This document shows, in pieces, positions 16,462-25,304 of a DNA stretch of 31,063 nucleotides. The stretch comes from an uncultured archaeon (GTDB lineage Archaea > Iainarchaeota > Iainarchaeia > Iainarchaeales > Iainarchaeaceae): positions 1 through 31,063 of the forward strand of contig CAZNZM010000011.1 of the NCBI GenBank assembly GCA_964577555.1. Reading direction: 5' to 3'. Made by a program: the position numbers and the translations under genes. Each line of letters opens with the position of its first letter. Position 1 is the stretch's first letter. Under the pieces are notes generated by a model. The model ran no database searches, had not been told where the DNA came from, and worked only from the letters and a program-made list of their open reading frames with translations.

Positions 16462-17687
16462 TCAGGTCCCCGCAATGCTTCCACAGGATCAAGAGATGCA
16501 GCTCTATTGGCCGGCAATGCTCCTGCAACCATTCCAATAATCATTGAAAAAAGCAATGAACCGACAATTAAAAACGGGTCTAATTCTACTATTAGTGCAA
16601 ACCCTGAAATATTTGCTACATATCCTATAAAAAATGCCAATACATAACCTATTATTACGCCTATGATTCCGCCTGCCAATCCTATAAAACCTGCTTCAAG
16701 AACAAATATTGAAAGCACAAGGTTGTTTGTTGCTCCGACAGCCTTCATTACTCCTATTTCTTTTGTCCTTTCCATGACTGCCATGAACATAGTGTTCATT
16801 ATTCCTATGCTGCCAACCAAAAGTGATATGCTTGCTATTCCAACCAAAAACAATTGAATTACTCCTAAAACTTGGCCTATTCTTTCAATTACTTGTTCGC
16901 TTGTAATTGTTTGGAATTCTTTTTGGTTTTTTCCGTAATCTTTTTCAAATATTTTGTCTATTTTTTCTTTTGCAACAGAAATGTCTTCCTTTTTTTTGAT
17001 TTTTATTAATGCAAATACTGGTTCAATGTTTGGAAATATTTCCTTGAATGTTTTTTTTGAGATAAATATGCTGTTGTTTGTGTTTGGGCCCCCTCCAAAA
17101 CTTGTACTGGTTTTCTTTGTAACACCAATTACTCTGAATGATTTGCCTTGTATTTCTATTCTATCCCTAAGCCTTATTTCTTTTGAAAATATGTCTTTTT
17201 GCACTGTTGGCCCTATTATCGCCACAAATCCATCGCTTGTTTGTATGTTTCTGCCTTCTTCTATTTCCAAAAAACCTATGTCTTCAAAACTTTCTGCTTC
17301 TTTTGAATCAGCTGCAAACACAGGTATTTTGGCAACATCTTTTCCGAATTTGACGGTTCCGTTGCCCGAAATTGGAGTGATTACACTTTCCACTTCAGGT
17401 ATTGCTTTTATTTTTTGAATTTGGCTGTCTTTCAACCCTGTTATGTTTGTTGCTACTCTTTGATTGTTGCCGCCACCTATAGATGCTGTGCCAGGCGCAA
17501 GAAATATTGTATTTGAACCAAGTTGTTCAAATTGTTTATTTACTGCATTATTTAAGCCGCTTCCAAGGGAAACAAGGGTTACAATGGCAGCTACTCCTAT
17601 TATTACACCTATTAGAGTAAGTGCACTGCGCAACCCTTGTCTTGAAAGATTTTTTAGTGACACTTGAGCTATTTCAATTATATTCAT
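16458..17687 (-). CDS. ABC transporter permease, MacB/FtsX family
   Basis: ALTLIGVIIGVAAIVTLVSLGSGL...; extracytoplasmic MacB_PCD-like domain; SLLVGSIGIMNTMFMAVMERTKEIGVMKAVGATNNLVLSIFVLEA; C-terminal ANRAASLDPVEALRGPE. Confidence 0.96.
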   Translation of the reverse strand: MNIIEIAQVSLKNLSRQGLRSALTLIGVIIGVAAIVTLVSLGSGLNNAVNKQFEQLGSNTIFLAPGTASIGGGNNQRVATNITGLKDSQIQKIKAIPEVESVITPISGNGTVKFGKDVAKIPVFAADSKEAESFEDIGFLEIEEGRNIQTSDGFVAIIGPTVQKDIFSKEIRLRDRIEIQGKSFRVIGVTKKTSTSFGGGPNTNNSIFISKKTFKEIFPNIEPVFALIKIKKKEDISVAKEKIDKIFEKDYGKNQKEFQTITSEQVIERIGQVLGVIQLFLVGIASISLLVGSIGIMNTMFMAVMERTKEIGVMKAVGATNNLVLSIFVLEAGFIGLAGGIIGVIIGYVLAFFIGYVANISGFALIVELDPFLIVGSLLFSMIIGMVAGALPANRAASLDPVEALRGPE

Positions 17688-17709
17688 GTTTTTGTAACCT
17701 CGTTACTAT

Positions 17710-18939
17710 TTATTGGTTGTTTTTCTTTTTTCTTATTACAAACCAATAGATTAATGCCAAAACAACTAATACTATTGCTATAAGTATTAGTGAAAATCCT
17801 TCGTTAGAATTTTTTGCTGCTTCTTCAGGAGTATATACTCTTACTTTAATCGTTTTTTCCACGCTTGAAACGTCTCCAAATTGATTTTTGTAAGTTATTT
17901 GCAGGTTAATGTTGTGTTCTCCGGGAGAAATATTTTTGTTTGCCAGAACTTCCATTTTTATCGTATCCGAATCGTCTGATTCCAATGAACCTATATAGAA
18001 TTCTCTGGTAATCATTGAATCAAAATCTGGCTTTACTTTTATATCCAAATATTTTGCAGCACCTAAACCTGAATTGAATACATTAATTGTTATTGCTGAT
18101 TTTTGGCCAGGCGATAACAAAGGTTTGATGTCTGTAATGCTGGCACCTATTTCAGCATTGCTTATGACTTTTAATCCCAAATATTGCGTATCAGACAATT
18201 TTGTTTTGTTAAAGTCAAAATAATCAATTTTGATTGGTATAAAATAGGCTTTTGACGGCGCATCGGGATTTATTAGAACTGGAATTTTGATTATTTTTGA
18301 TTCATTCGGTTCAAGCAATTGGATACTTGACGTTGCTGAACCCATTGGAACAATGTTTCTTTCTATTACGATTCCTGAAGAAGTCACAGTTCTGTCCTCA
18401 GTAATTCCAATATTTATATTATATGCAGTGCTGCTTCCTGTATTTTTCAAAGAAATAACTAAATCAGTTATTTTTCCAACTTCTGCAGAAATTGGTTCTG
18501 CTTTTTCTATAATTAGCAAAGGCTTTCTATTTTGAATACTGATTGAATAAGGCATTGACCTTTCTATAATTCCGTTTTCTCCTGTTTGGAGTTTTATTTT
18601 GTATGTTCCGTCAGGTGCCTGTGGATCAATTTTTAACCTTGATTTGACAATTGATGATTGGTTTGGTTTTATTGTTCCTATTTTTTTGATTTCAAGGTTT
18701 TCAGGAATAACATTGAATGGAAATTCCGAATTAGAATCATCTTGCTTTAAGTCAATTGAGAAAACCGTGTCTTTTGAATCAGTATTTGAATTGTTGTTTA
18801 TGTGAACAAAAATATCTATATATCCGCCAGGCATTGCAGGGGCTGGAGAATAACTTACTGTCCCGATAATTGGGTTTCCTGCAAAGGCTGTTGATGCCAA
18901 CGCCATTGCAAAAATTATTGTTATTAATTGATTTTTCAT
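17710..18939 (-). CDS. Exported COG1361/CARDB-like multi-domain protein with C-terminal TM
   Basis: Signal peptide MKNQLITIIFAMALASTAFA; repeated beta-domain patterns (ITDLVISLKNTGSSTAYNINIGI, ISPGEHNINLQITYKNQFGDVSSVEKTIKVRVYTPE); C-terminal LILIAIVLVVLALIYWFVIRKKKNN. Confidence 0.85.
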   Translation of the reverse strand: MKNQLITIIFAMALASTAFAGNPIIGTVSYSPAPAMPGGYIDIFVHINNNSNTDSKDTVFSIDLKQDDSNSEFPFNVIPENLEIKKIGTIKPNQSSIVKSRLKIDPQAPDGTYKIKLQTGENGIIERSMPYSISIQNRKPLLIIEKAEPISAEVGKITDLVISLKNTGSSTAYNINIGITEDRTVTSSGIVIERNIVPMGSATSSIQLLEPNESKIIKIPVLINPDAPSKAYFIPIKIDYFDFNKTKLSDTQYLGLKVISNAEIGASITDIKPLLSPGQKSAITINVFNSGLGAAKYLDIKVKPDFDSMITREFYIGSLESDDSDTIKMEVLANKNISPGEHNINLQITYKNQFGDVSSVEKTIKVRVYTPEEAAKNSNEGFSLILIAIVLVVLALIYWFVIRKKKNNQ

Positions 18940-19670
18940 TTATAGTCCCTCCTAATGAATTTTTTTGGTTTTTGTTTTGTTTCTTCTTTTTCTATTTGTC
19001 CATCTTTGATACGTATAATTCGTTCAGCCCTTTCGGCAACATAATTCTCGTGCGTGACAACCAATATTGTCTTGCCTTGTTCAGAGTGCAATTTGTCAAG
19101 AATTTCAAGTATTGTTGCTCCTGACTTTGAATCCAAGTTGCCTGTTGGTTCGTCTGCAACTATTATGTCAGGATTAACTGCCAAGGCTCTTGCAATCGCA
19201 ACTCTTTGCCTTTGCCCTCCGGAAAGTTCATATGGTTTGTGGTTCAATCTGTTGCCCAAACCTATGTCCGCAAGTATTTTTGAGGCAGTTTCAATTCTTT
19301 TTCTTTCAGGTATTCCTTGAAACCACATTGGAAGCATTACATTTTCAATTGCCGACAGCTTGTTTATTAATTCAAAGTTTTGGAATACAAAGCCTATTGT
19401 TTTGCCTCTTACAATCGCCAATTTTGAATCATTCATTTTTGATATGGGTTTACCACGTATAAATACTTCCCCTTTGGTTGGCCTTAGCAATGCGCTTAAC
19501 ACATCAAGCAAAGTTGTTTTTCCAGAACCGCTTGGCCCTGTTATTGAAACATATTCGCCATTATAAATTTTCAGGTTTATATCTCTAAGTGCTGTTATGT
19601 CGGTATCCCCCATTTTGTATATTTTATAAACACCTCTTGCTTCTATTATCGGAACTTTGTCAGTTTGCAT
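18936..19670 (-). CDS. ABC transporter ATP-binding protein, MacB/LolD type
   Basis: Walker A GPSGSGKTTLL, signature LSGGQRQRVAIARAL, Walker B IIVADEPTGNLD. Start chosen at MQTDKVP (19670) rather than ORF start 19688. Overlaps the next gene by 4 bp. Confidence 0.96.
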   Translation of the reverse strand: MQTDKVPIIEARGVYKIYKMGDTDITALRDINLKIYNGEYVSITGPSGSGKTTLLDVLSALLRPTKGEVFIRGKPISKMNDSKLAIVRGKTIGFVFQNFELINKLSAIENVMLPMWFQGIPERKRIETASKILADIGLGNRLNHKPYELSGGQRQRVAIARALAVNPDIIVADEPTGNLDSKSGATILEILDKLHSEQGKTILVVTHENYVAERAERIIRIKDGQIEKEETKQKPKKFIRRDYK

Positions 19671-19757
19671 ATAAAACACAAAAAACAATATACAAGATTA
19701 GATATATAGGATAAGATATATTTAAAAACAAGTGTTTTTGTTGATCTTGGATTAGTA

Positions 19758-19867
19758 CGCGGGGGACGAGATTCGAACTCGCGCTCCCTTTCGGGAACCT
19801 GGTGGCTTTTCCGCTTTAAAATAACAGAGCTCAAGCCAGGCGCATTTGACCTCTCTGCCACCCCCGC
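19758..19867 (-). tRNA. tRNA-Ser(TGA) with 26-nt intron (19804-19829) at position 37/38
   Basis: Hand-folded mature 84 nt: GCGGGGG acceptor with CCCCCGC; anticodon arm CCTGG CTTGAG|A CCAGG; variable arm TTCCCGAAAGGGAGC; T arm GCGAG TTCGAAT CTCGT; discriminator G73 (Ser-like). BHB-like with bulges AGC and CCA and outer helix TCTG/CGGA. Confidence 0.88.
19804..19829 (-). other. tRNA-Ser intron (26 nt)
   Basis: CTCTGTTATTTTAAAGCGGAAAAGCC; excision restores the CCTGG/CCAGG anticodon stem. Confidence 0.82.
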
Positions 19868-19989
19868 TTTTAAAGATTATAAAATCTTCCAAAATTAAGG
19901 TTTTAAAGGTTAGCAATTGTTTTTTGTGTAAAATATTAAAAAAACTGTTTTTGTCCTTTGCTCAAAATTTTGAAAAAACCACATTATTA

Positions 19990-20643
19990 TCAAAGTATTT
20001 TTTTGAGTTCTTTTATTGCGCCACAAACCCCTTTTTTGTATTTGAATATAAATGAGCCAGCCACAAGTATTTCAGCCCCGGCTTGAACACACTTTTTTCC
20101 TGTTTCAAGATTAATGCCGCCATCCACTTCTATTTCGCAATTAGCCTCTATTTCGTCTATTTTTCTGCGCAATTTGGAAATTTTTTCCAATGAATTTCCT
20201 TGAAACTTTTGCCCGCCAAAACCGGCGTCAACACTCATAACCAAAGCCAAGTCAACATTATCCAATAAATCGTATATTTTTTCTGGCTGTGTTTTGCTGT
20301 TTATTGCAACACCCGGACTTAAACCTTCCATTCTTATTTTTTTTATTGTTTCTAAAGGGTTTTTTGCGGCTTCAACATGAAAAATCAATCTTTGCACTCC
20401 TTTTTCTGCAAATTCTTTTATGCGATTTTCTGGCTTTTCAACCATCAAATGGGCTTCAAAATAAATTTTTGTTCTCTTCCTCAACATGGAAATCAAATCA
20501 GCAGGAACTCCATTATTTGGAACAAATTTGTTGTCCATTATGTCCCATTGTATTATGTCAGCCCTTGCTTTTTCTATTTCAGGAAGCCATTCGACATGTT
20601 TTGAAAAATCCGCGTTAAGAACAGACACAGCTATTTTTGGCAT
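19990..20643 (-). CDS. rpe: Ribulose-phosphate 3-epimerase
   Basis: VSVLNADFSKHVEWLPEIEKARADIIQWDIMDNKFVPNNG; LVMSVDAGFGGQKF; EVDGGINLETGKKCVQAGAEILVAGSFIF. Confidence 0.93.
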   Translation of the reverse strand: MPKIAVSVLNADFSKHVEWLPEIEKARADIIQWDIMDNKFVPNNGVPADLISMLRKRTKIYFEAHLMVEKPENRIKEFAEKGVQRLIFHVEAAKNPLETIKKIRMEGLSPGVAINSKTQPEKIYDLLDNVDLALVMSVDAGFGGQKFQGNSLEKISKLRRKIDEIEANCEIEVDGGINLETGKKCVQAGAEILVAGSFIFKYKKGVCGAIKELKKIL

Positions 20644-20828
20644 TAAATTAAATTTATTGGATGGATTATTAATGTTTTCCGGTTTTGCCGTTTGCAGAAA
20701 AATTATTTTTACTTATAAACCTGTTTGCTGATACAATACAATTAAATATTAAAATAAATTAAAATTAATAAAAAAAAACAGACAAAAAAATGGTTGAAAT
20801 GAAACCCCCAAAAAAATTCAGGTTTTGA

Positions 20829-21110
20829 GTGCTTGGTTATATAAAGAGTAATAACAAGTCTCCCCCTAAAACATTTATAATAACTCATACAAATCCACAA
20901 ACAACTGAAGAAGCCAACGAAATGATAAAGGAATTCGCCGAGAAGAGTAGAAAACCTGGAATAAACACTAGGATAATTGTAATACATTTTAAAGATGGTG
21001 ATTTTGCTTTAGATTTGCGAGACTTAAACCATTTAGTTGAAATTTTGAATAAACACGGAGTTGAAATTAAACCTGGCAAAGAAAGGTTCCCAACAAAAAA
21101 GAAAAAATAA
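20829..21110 (+). CDS. Small hypothetical protein (93 aa, GTG start uncertain)
   Basis: Only ORF on the coding strand here; plausible composition (TNPQTTEEANEMIKEFAEKSRKPGINTRIIVIHFKDGDFALDLRDLNHLVEILNKHGVEIKPG); lysine-rich C-terminus. Confidence 0.55.
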   Translation: MLGYIKSNNKSPPKTFIITHTNPQTTEEANEMIKEFAEKSRKPGINTRIIVIHFKDGDFALDLRDLNHLVEILNKHGVEIKPGKERFPTKKKK

Positions 21111-21180
21111 TTTGTAAATTAATGGATTCAAAAACAATTCAAACTTAACAATAAAAACATATATGTTTTTTGTTTTTATC

Positions 21181-22584
21181 ATGGATGAAAAAATTGTTTT
21201 TTCGGAAAAATTGAATGGAGCCATACAAGTAGAGTTTATTTGGGAAGGTGAAAATAAGCCTGTTCAAAATCTTCCTGAAAATTTCATGGGAAAAAAGCTT
21301 GAAACTATTTATTTGCCTGACAAAAAAATATTTGTGGCCGGGCTTGGTAAGAGAGATGAGTTTAATGAGGACTATTATAGAAGGATTGCTGGCAAGGCTG
21401 TTAAAACCGCTTCTTATTACAAGGTTGAAAGCGTGTATTTTAACCTTAAAGAATTGAACGAGAGAAATTGTGTTCTTGTGGCTGAAGGCGCGTTGCTTGC
21501 GAATTATTCGTTTGACAAGTACAAGTCAGATGACTCGAAGTTTTTCAAAATAAAGCAAATTGTATTTCCTAAAAATGCTGAAAAATTCAAATCAGCAATT
21601 GATGCCAAGGCAATTGTATGTGAAAATACTTTGTTTGTAAGAGACCTTGTAAGCGATAATAGCGATGTGGTTACTCCTGATTTTCTTGAAGAAAAGGCTG
21701 TTGAGGTTTCCAAAAAACTCGGCTTGAAGTTTCGTGCCTTGCACAAGAAAGAATTGGAAAGCATTGGAATGAATTGTTTGCTTGCCGTGGGAAAAGCTTC
21801 AACCCAATCTCCAAGGTTGATTATTTTGGAGTATAATGGGGACAAGAATTCTAAAGACAGGTTTTTGTTTGTTGGAAAGGGAATTTGCTTTGATACTGGC
21901 GGATTGGATATAAAGCCGCGTGATTCAATGCTTGAAATGCGCATGGATATGGCTGGTGCCGCAACAGTGCTTGCGATTGTTAAAAGTGCAGCAGAGCTTG
22001 GTTTGAAAAAAAATATTGTTGGTTTGATGGCGGTTACGGAAAATTTGGTGGATGCCAATTCTTACAGGCCAAAAGATATAATCAAGTCATTTTCAGGAAA
22101 AACAATTGAAAATTTTGATACCGACGCTGAAGGCAGGCTCATATTGGCCGATGCCTTGAATTATGGCGTCAAGGAGTTTGATCCAAAAATTGTTGTTGAA
22201 TTGTCAACCCTAACTGGTTCAATCATAGGAACGCTTGGCCAACATTGCGCCGGCATGTTTGCAAATTCGCAAGCAACAAGTTTTAAAGAAAAAATGTTCA
22301 AAGCAGGCATGGAAACTTATGAGAGGGTTTGGGAGCTTCCTTTGTTTGAGGAATACCTTGATGAGACGATTGGTGAAAGATCAGATATAAGGTCTCTTGG
22401 CAAAACAAGATATAACGGAGCTATTTTTGGCGGGGCTTTTCTTTCAAAATTTGTTGAAAACAAGCCGTTCATACATCTTGATATTGCAGGCACCGCCCAC
22501 ATTGACGAACCAAAGGATTATGTTCCAAAAGATGGAACCGGTTTTGGAGTAAGGCTTTGCATAGAGTTTTTGAATAAGGTATAA
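21181..22584 (+). CDS. Leucyl aminopeptidase, M17 family
   Basis: GKGICFDTGGLDIKPRDSMLEMRMDMAGAATVL and NFDTDAEGRLILADAL metal/catalytic motifs. Start chosen at MDEKIV (ATG 21181). Confidence 0.93.
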   Translation: MDEKIVFSEKLNGAIQVEFIWEGENKPVQNLPENFMGKKLETIYLPDKKIFVAGLGKRDEFNEDYYRRIAGKAVKTASYYKVESVYFNLKELNERNCVLVAEGALLANYSFDKYKSDDSKFFKIKQIVFPKNAEKFKSAIDAKAIVCENTLFVRDLVSDNSDVVTPDFLEEKAVEVSKKLGLKFRALHKKELESIGMNCLLAVGKASTQSPRLIILEYNGDKNSKDRFLFVGKGICFDTGGLDIKPRDSMLEMRMDMAGAATVLAIVKSAAELGLKKNIVGLMAVTENLVDANSYRPKDIIKSFSGKTIENFDTDAEGRLILADALNYGVKEFDPKIVVELSTLTGSIIGTLGQHCAGMFANSQATSFKEKMFKAGMETYERVWELPLFEEYLDETIGERSDIRSLGKTRYNGAIFGGAFLSKFVENKPFIHLDIAGTAHIDEPKDYVPKDGTGFGVRLCIEFLNKV

Positions 22585-22619
22585 GATTCCAAAAAATATT
22601 CAAAATCTTTTTTGCATTT

Positions 22620-24038
22620 TTATAATCCTTGAACCATATTCTCTATTTTGTTGAACCATTCGCGTCCGTCTTTTTCAATCAATTCGTTAGCTTCTTTCGG
22701 ACCAAACGAACCTTTTTCATATACATGAATTGGTTTTTTCAATGATATTGCTTGGTCTATTAACCTCCATGATTCCTCAATTTCATCGGCTCGCATAAAG
22801 GCGCTTTGATCACCTTTAAGCACGTCAAGCAAAAGTGTTTCATATGCCTTTGGAGTATTTGGGCCAAAAGTGCATTCATGGCAAAAAGTCATTTTTACCG
22901 GCAAAATTTTATTTTTTTGTCCTGGCATTTTGCTGTTCAATTGCAATAAAATCCCGTCTTCAGGTTGTATTTGGATAAGAAGATAATTTGGTTTTATGTT
23001 TTGTCCTTCAAAAACGTTATAATCGGGCTCCTTGAATTGGATATAAATTGAAGAAAATTTTTTGGCAAGATTTTTTCCAGAACGAAGATAGAATGGCACT
23101 CCTTTCCATCGATTGTTGTTGATAAAAAGCTTTAATGCAAAAAAAGTATCTGTCTTGGAAAAAGGGTTAACTCCTTTTTCATCCAAATATCCTTGATATT
23201 GTCCTAACACTAAATCTTCTTTTTTTATTTTTGATATTGAACGCAACACCTTGACTTTTGAATCCCTGATGCATTTCTCGTCAAATCTTTTTGGTGGCTC
23301 CATAGCAATAAGTGCAAGCAATTGTAAAAGGTGGCTTTGGCCAACATCTTTCAATGAGCCTTCTTTATCATAAAATTCTCCTCTGGTTTCAACTCCAAAA
23401 TCTTCTATAAGATTTATCTGTACATGGTCTATGTTGTCTTTATTCCACAATGGAGCAAATATTCGATTGCATGCCCGCAAAACACTTATGCTTTGCACTA
23501 ATTCCTTGCCAAGATAATGATCTATCCTGTAAATCTGGTTTTCATCAAACGCTTTTGATATTTTGGAATTAAGGAGTCTCGCTGTTTTCAAGTCTTCGCC
23601 AAAAGGCTTTTCAAATACTACTCTGCACCAACCGTTTGTTTCAGCAAGCCTTTTTTCCTTCAAATTTTTGGCTATGTTTTCAAAGTGTTGCGGCAAAGTT
23701 GCAAGATAAAAAAGCCTATTTGAGGATAGTTTGGATTTCTTTTCAACGTCTTCAATGAAATCTTTCAAATCAATATAACCATGGCTGTCTTCAAAATCAA
23801 GCGAAAAGTAATGTATTTTACTGCTAAACGACCGCCAATTCTCCTCGCTAATTTTAATTTTTTCGCGAATACCTTCAACAAATTCTTCCCGACCTATTTT
23901 TCTTCTACCAACTCCTATAATGCAAAAATTTTCTCCAAATTCTTTTCTATGATAAAGCCCATACATTGCCGGAAAAAGCTTTTTTTGAGCAAGGTCCCCA
24001 GTGGAACCCATGATTATAAAAGAAAAATCATTTTGCAT
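22620..24038 (-). CDS. zwf: Glucose-6-phosphate 1-dehydrogenase
   Basis: IIMGSTGDLAQKKLFPAMYGLY dinucleotide motif; catalytic RIDHYLGKELVQ; VIFEKPFGEDL-like VVFEKPFGEDLKTA; start at MQNDFSF. Confidence 0.95.
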   Translation of the reverse strand: MQNDFSFIIMGSTGDLAQKKLFPAMYGLYHRKEFGENFCIIGVGRRKIGREEFVEGIREKIKISEENWRSFSSKIHYFSLDFEDSHGYIDLKDFIEDVEKKSKLSSNRLFYLATLPQHFENIAKNLKEKRLAETNGWCRVVFEKPFGEDLKTARLLNSKISKAFDENQIYRIDHYLGKELVQSISVLRACNRIFAPLWNKDNIDHVQINLIEDFGVETRGEFYDKEGSLKDVGQSHLLQLLALIAMEPPKRFDEKCIRDSKVKVLRSISKIKKEDLVLGQYQGYLDEKGVNPFSKTDTFFALKLFINNNRWKGVPFYLRSGKNLAKKFSSIYIQFKEPDYNVFEGQNIKPNYLLIQIQPEDGILLQLNSKMPGQKNKILPVKMTFCHECTFGPNTPKAYETLLLDVLKGDQSAFMRADEIEESWRLIDQAISLKKPIHVYEKGSFGPKEANELIEKDGREWFNKIENMVQGL

Positions 24039-24702
24039 TAACACCACCAAAAACCGTTAAGGCAATGGTTTCTTTTGCAGACAAGGCAATTTTTGCGGGA
24101 CAAGTTTCTTTGGTTTCATTTGAAGAAAGAAACTTTTTATAAGCAGACAATTTCGAGCTTGAAGCAAAAAGAAGCAATATTGAATCAGCATTTGAAATTG
24201 TTTGGGTTGAAAGAGTTATTCTTTGCTTAGGCGGCTTTGGAGAATTGCCAACATATACATAGCCGTCTTTTTTGTATTTTAGGGTTTTTGAACCTGGAAA
24301 AAGAGAAGCTATGTGGCAATCTTCCCCAACACCCAAAATCACCAAATCAAGTTTTCCTTTTGTAATTTCAAGAAACTTTTTGTTGTAATCATCAAGTCCT
24401 TTTGAAGGCTCAAACCTGTAAGCATTGGCGTTTTTTATTTTTGAAAAGAGGAGGCTATCAGCCTGAAAATAATTTGATTCGGTGCTTTTCATGTCCACTA
24501 TTCTTTCATCAGCCATAAAAATATTTACTCCCAACCAATTTATTTTTGAATGTGAAATTTTTTCAAGCAAGCCTTTTACAGAAGTGCCTCCGGAAATAGC
24601 CATTGAAAAAGGCCTTTTTCCAGAGTTTATTTTGTATGCAATAATTTCAGCTGCTTTTAGGCTAATTTCATCATAATTTTTGCAATCAATTATTTCAAGC
24701 AT
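24028..24702 (-). CDS. pgl: 6-phosphogluconolactonase (DevB/SOL type)
   Basis: MAISGGTSVKGLLEKI, NIFMADERIV, GVGEDCHIASLFPGS. Start likely MLEIIDC (24702). 3' end overlaps zwf by 11 bp. Confidence 0.9.
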   Translation of the reverse strand: MLEIIDCKNYDEISLKAAEIIAYKINSGKRPFSMAISGGTSVKGLLEKISHSKINWLGVNIFMADERIVDMKSTESNYFQADSLLFSKIKNANAYRFEPSKGLDDYNKKFLEITKGKLDLVILGVGEDCHIASLFPGSKTLKYKKDGYVYVGNSPKPPKQRITLSTQTISNADSILLLFASSSKLSAYKKFLSSNETKETCPAKIALSAKETIALTVFGGVNAK

Positions 24703-24790
24703 AACAAAATTGAGCCATATTTTTTTATAAAACAAAGAGAAAAGCAAAAATTCATTTTATTGAAGTTTTTAATTTGACAAAATAACAAAA

Positions 24791-25252
24791 TTAATTTTCA
24801 AATAGTTTTTTGCCTTCGCTTTCAAATATTTTTTTGGCGGAAGTAAAAGCAAGCGCAAATGCATCATTCTGGTCTTTTGCTCCTTTAAACCCATGTCCGC
24901 CAAAATTTTTCATCCCTTTGGACTTGTAAAATGAAAATGCTGTTTGAGCTATAATTTCAAAAGACTCTATTTCCTCTTTTGTAAGTGGCCTCTTTTCATT
25001 TTTTCCGGGATCCAAAACCCTCATTTTTGCCAATCTGTTTATGAACTCTTTTGCAATAGAGTAAGCTTCTTTTGTTTGTCCCTTTCCGTTACTTTCAAAC
25101 AATTTCAAAAGAAAATCAACCATGCCATTAAAAACTTTCAAATGAGATTCATTAATAGCAGGATTGTTTTTTTTCAAACTGGCAATTGCACTTTGCCTCA
25201 AAACGCTTTTTTTATTATCTTTGTTTCGCGTGTTGTTTGCATTTTTTTTCAT
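24791..25252 (-). CDS. Hypothetical protein embedded in the pentose phosphate cluster (153 aa)
   Basis: Start likely MKKNANNTRN (25252); helical composition, no family recognised. Confidence 0.7.
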   Translation of the reverse strand: MKKNANNTRNKDNKKSVLRQSAIASLKKNNPAINESHLKVFNGMVDFLLKLFESNGKGQTKEAYSIAKEFINRLAKMRVLDPGKNEKRPLTKEEIESFEIIAQTAFSFYKSKGMKNFGGHGFKGAKDQNDAFALAFTSAKKIFESEGKKLFEN

Positions 25253-25304
25253 GAAAATTAGCACGACAAAAACAAATTTATTTATTTGGTTTTCAAAAAA
25301 AAAA

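Noticed and set aside
16954-17418. 154-aa plus-strand ORF inside the ABC permease region
   Set aside because: Antisense shadow ORF of a clear MacB/FtsX permease; composition is that of a reversed membrane/beta-rich gene.
17710-18939. Interpretation as a main S-layer protein
   Set aside because: Its length, 4-bp overlap with the ABC ATPase and placement between ATPase and permease favour a transporter-associated exported protein.
19646-19861. 71-aa minus-strand ORF MAERSNAPGLSSV...
   Set aside because: It translates through tRNA-Ser(TGA) and its intron.
20289-20618. 109-aa plus-strand ORF opposite rpe
   Set aside because: Phe/Leu/Cys-rich antisense translation of a conserved enzyme gene.
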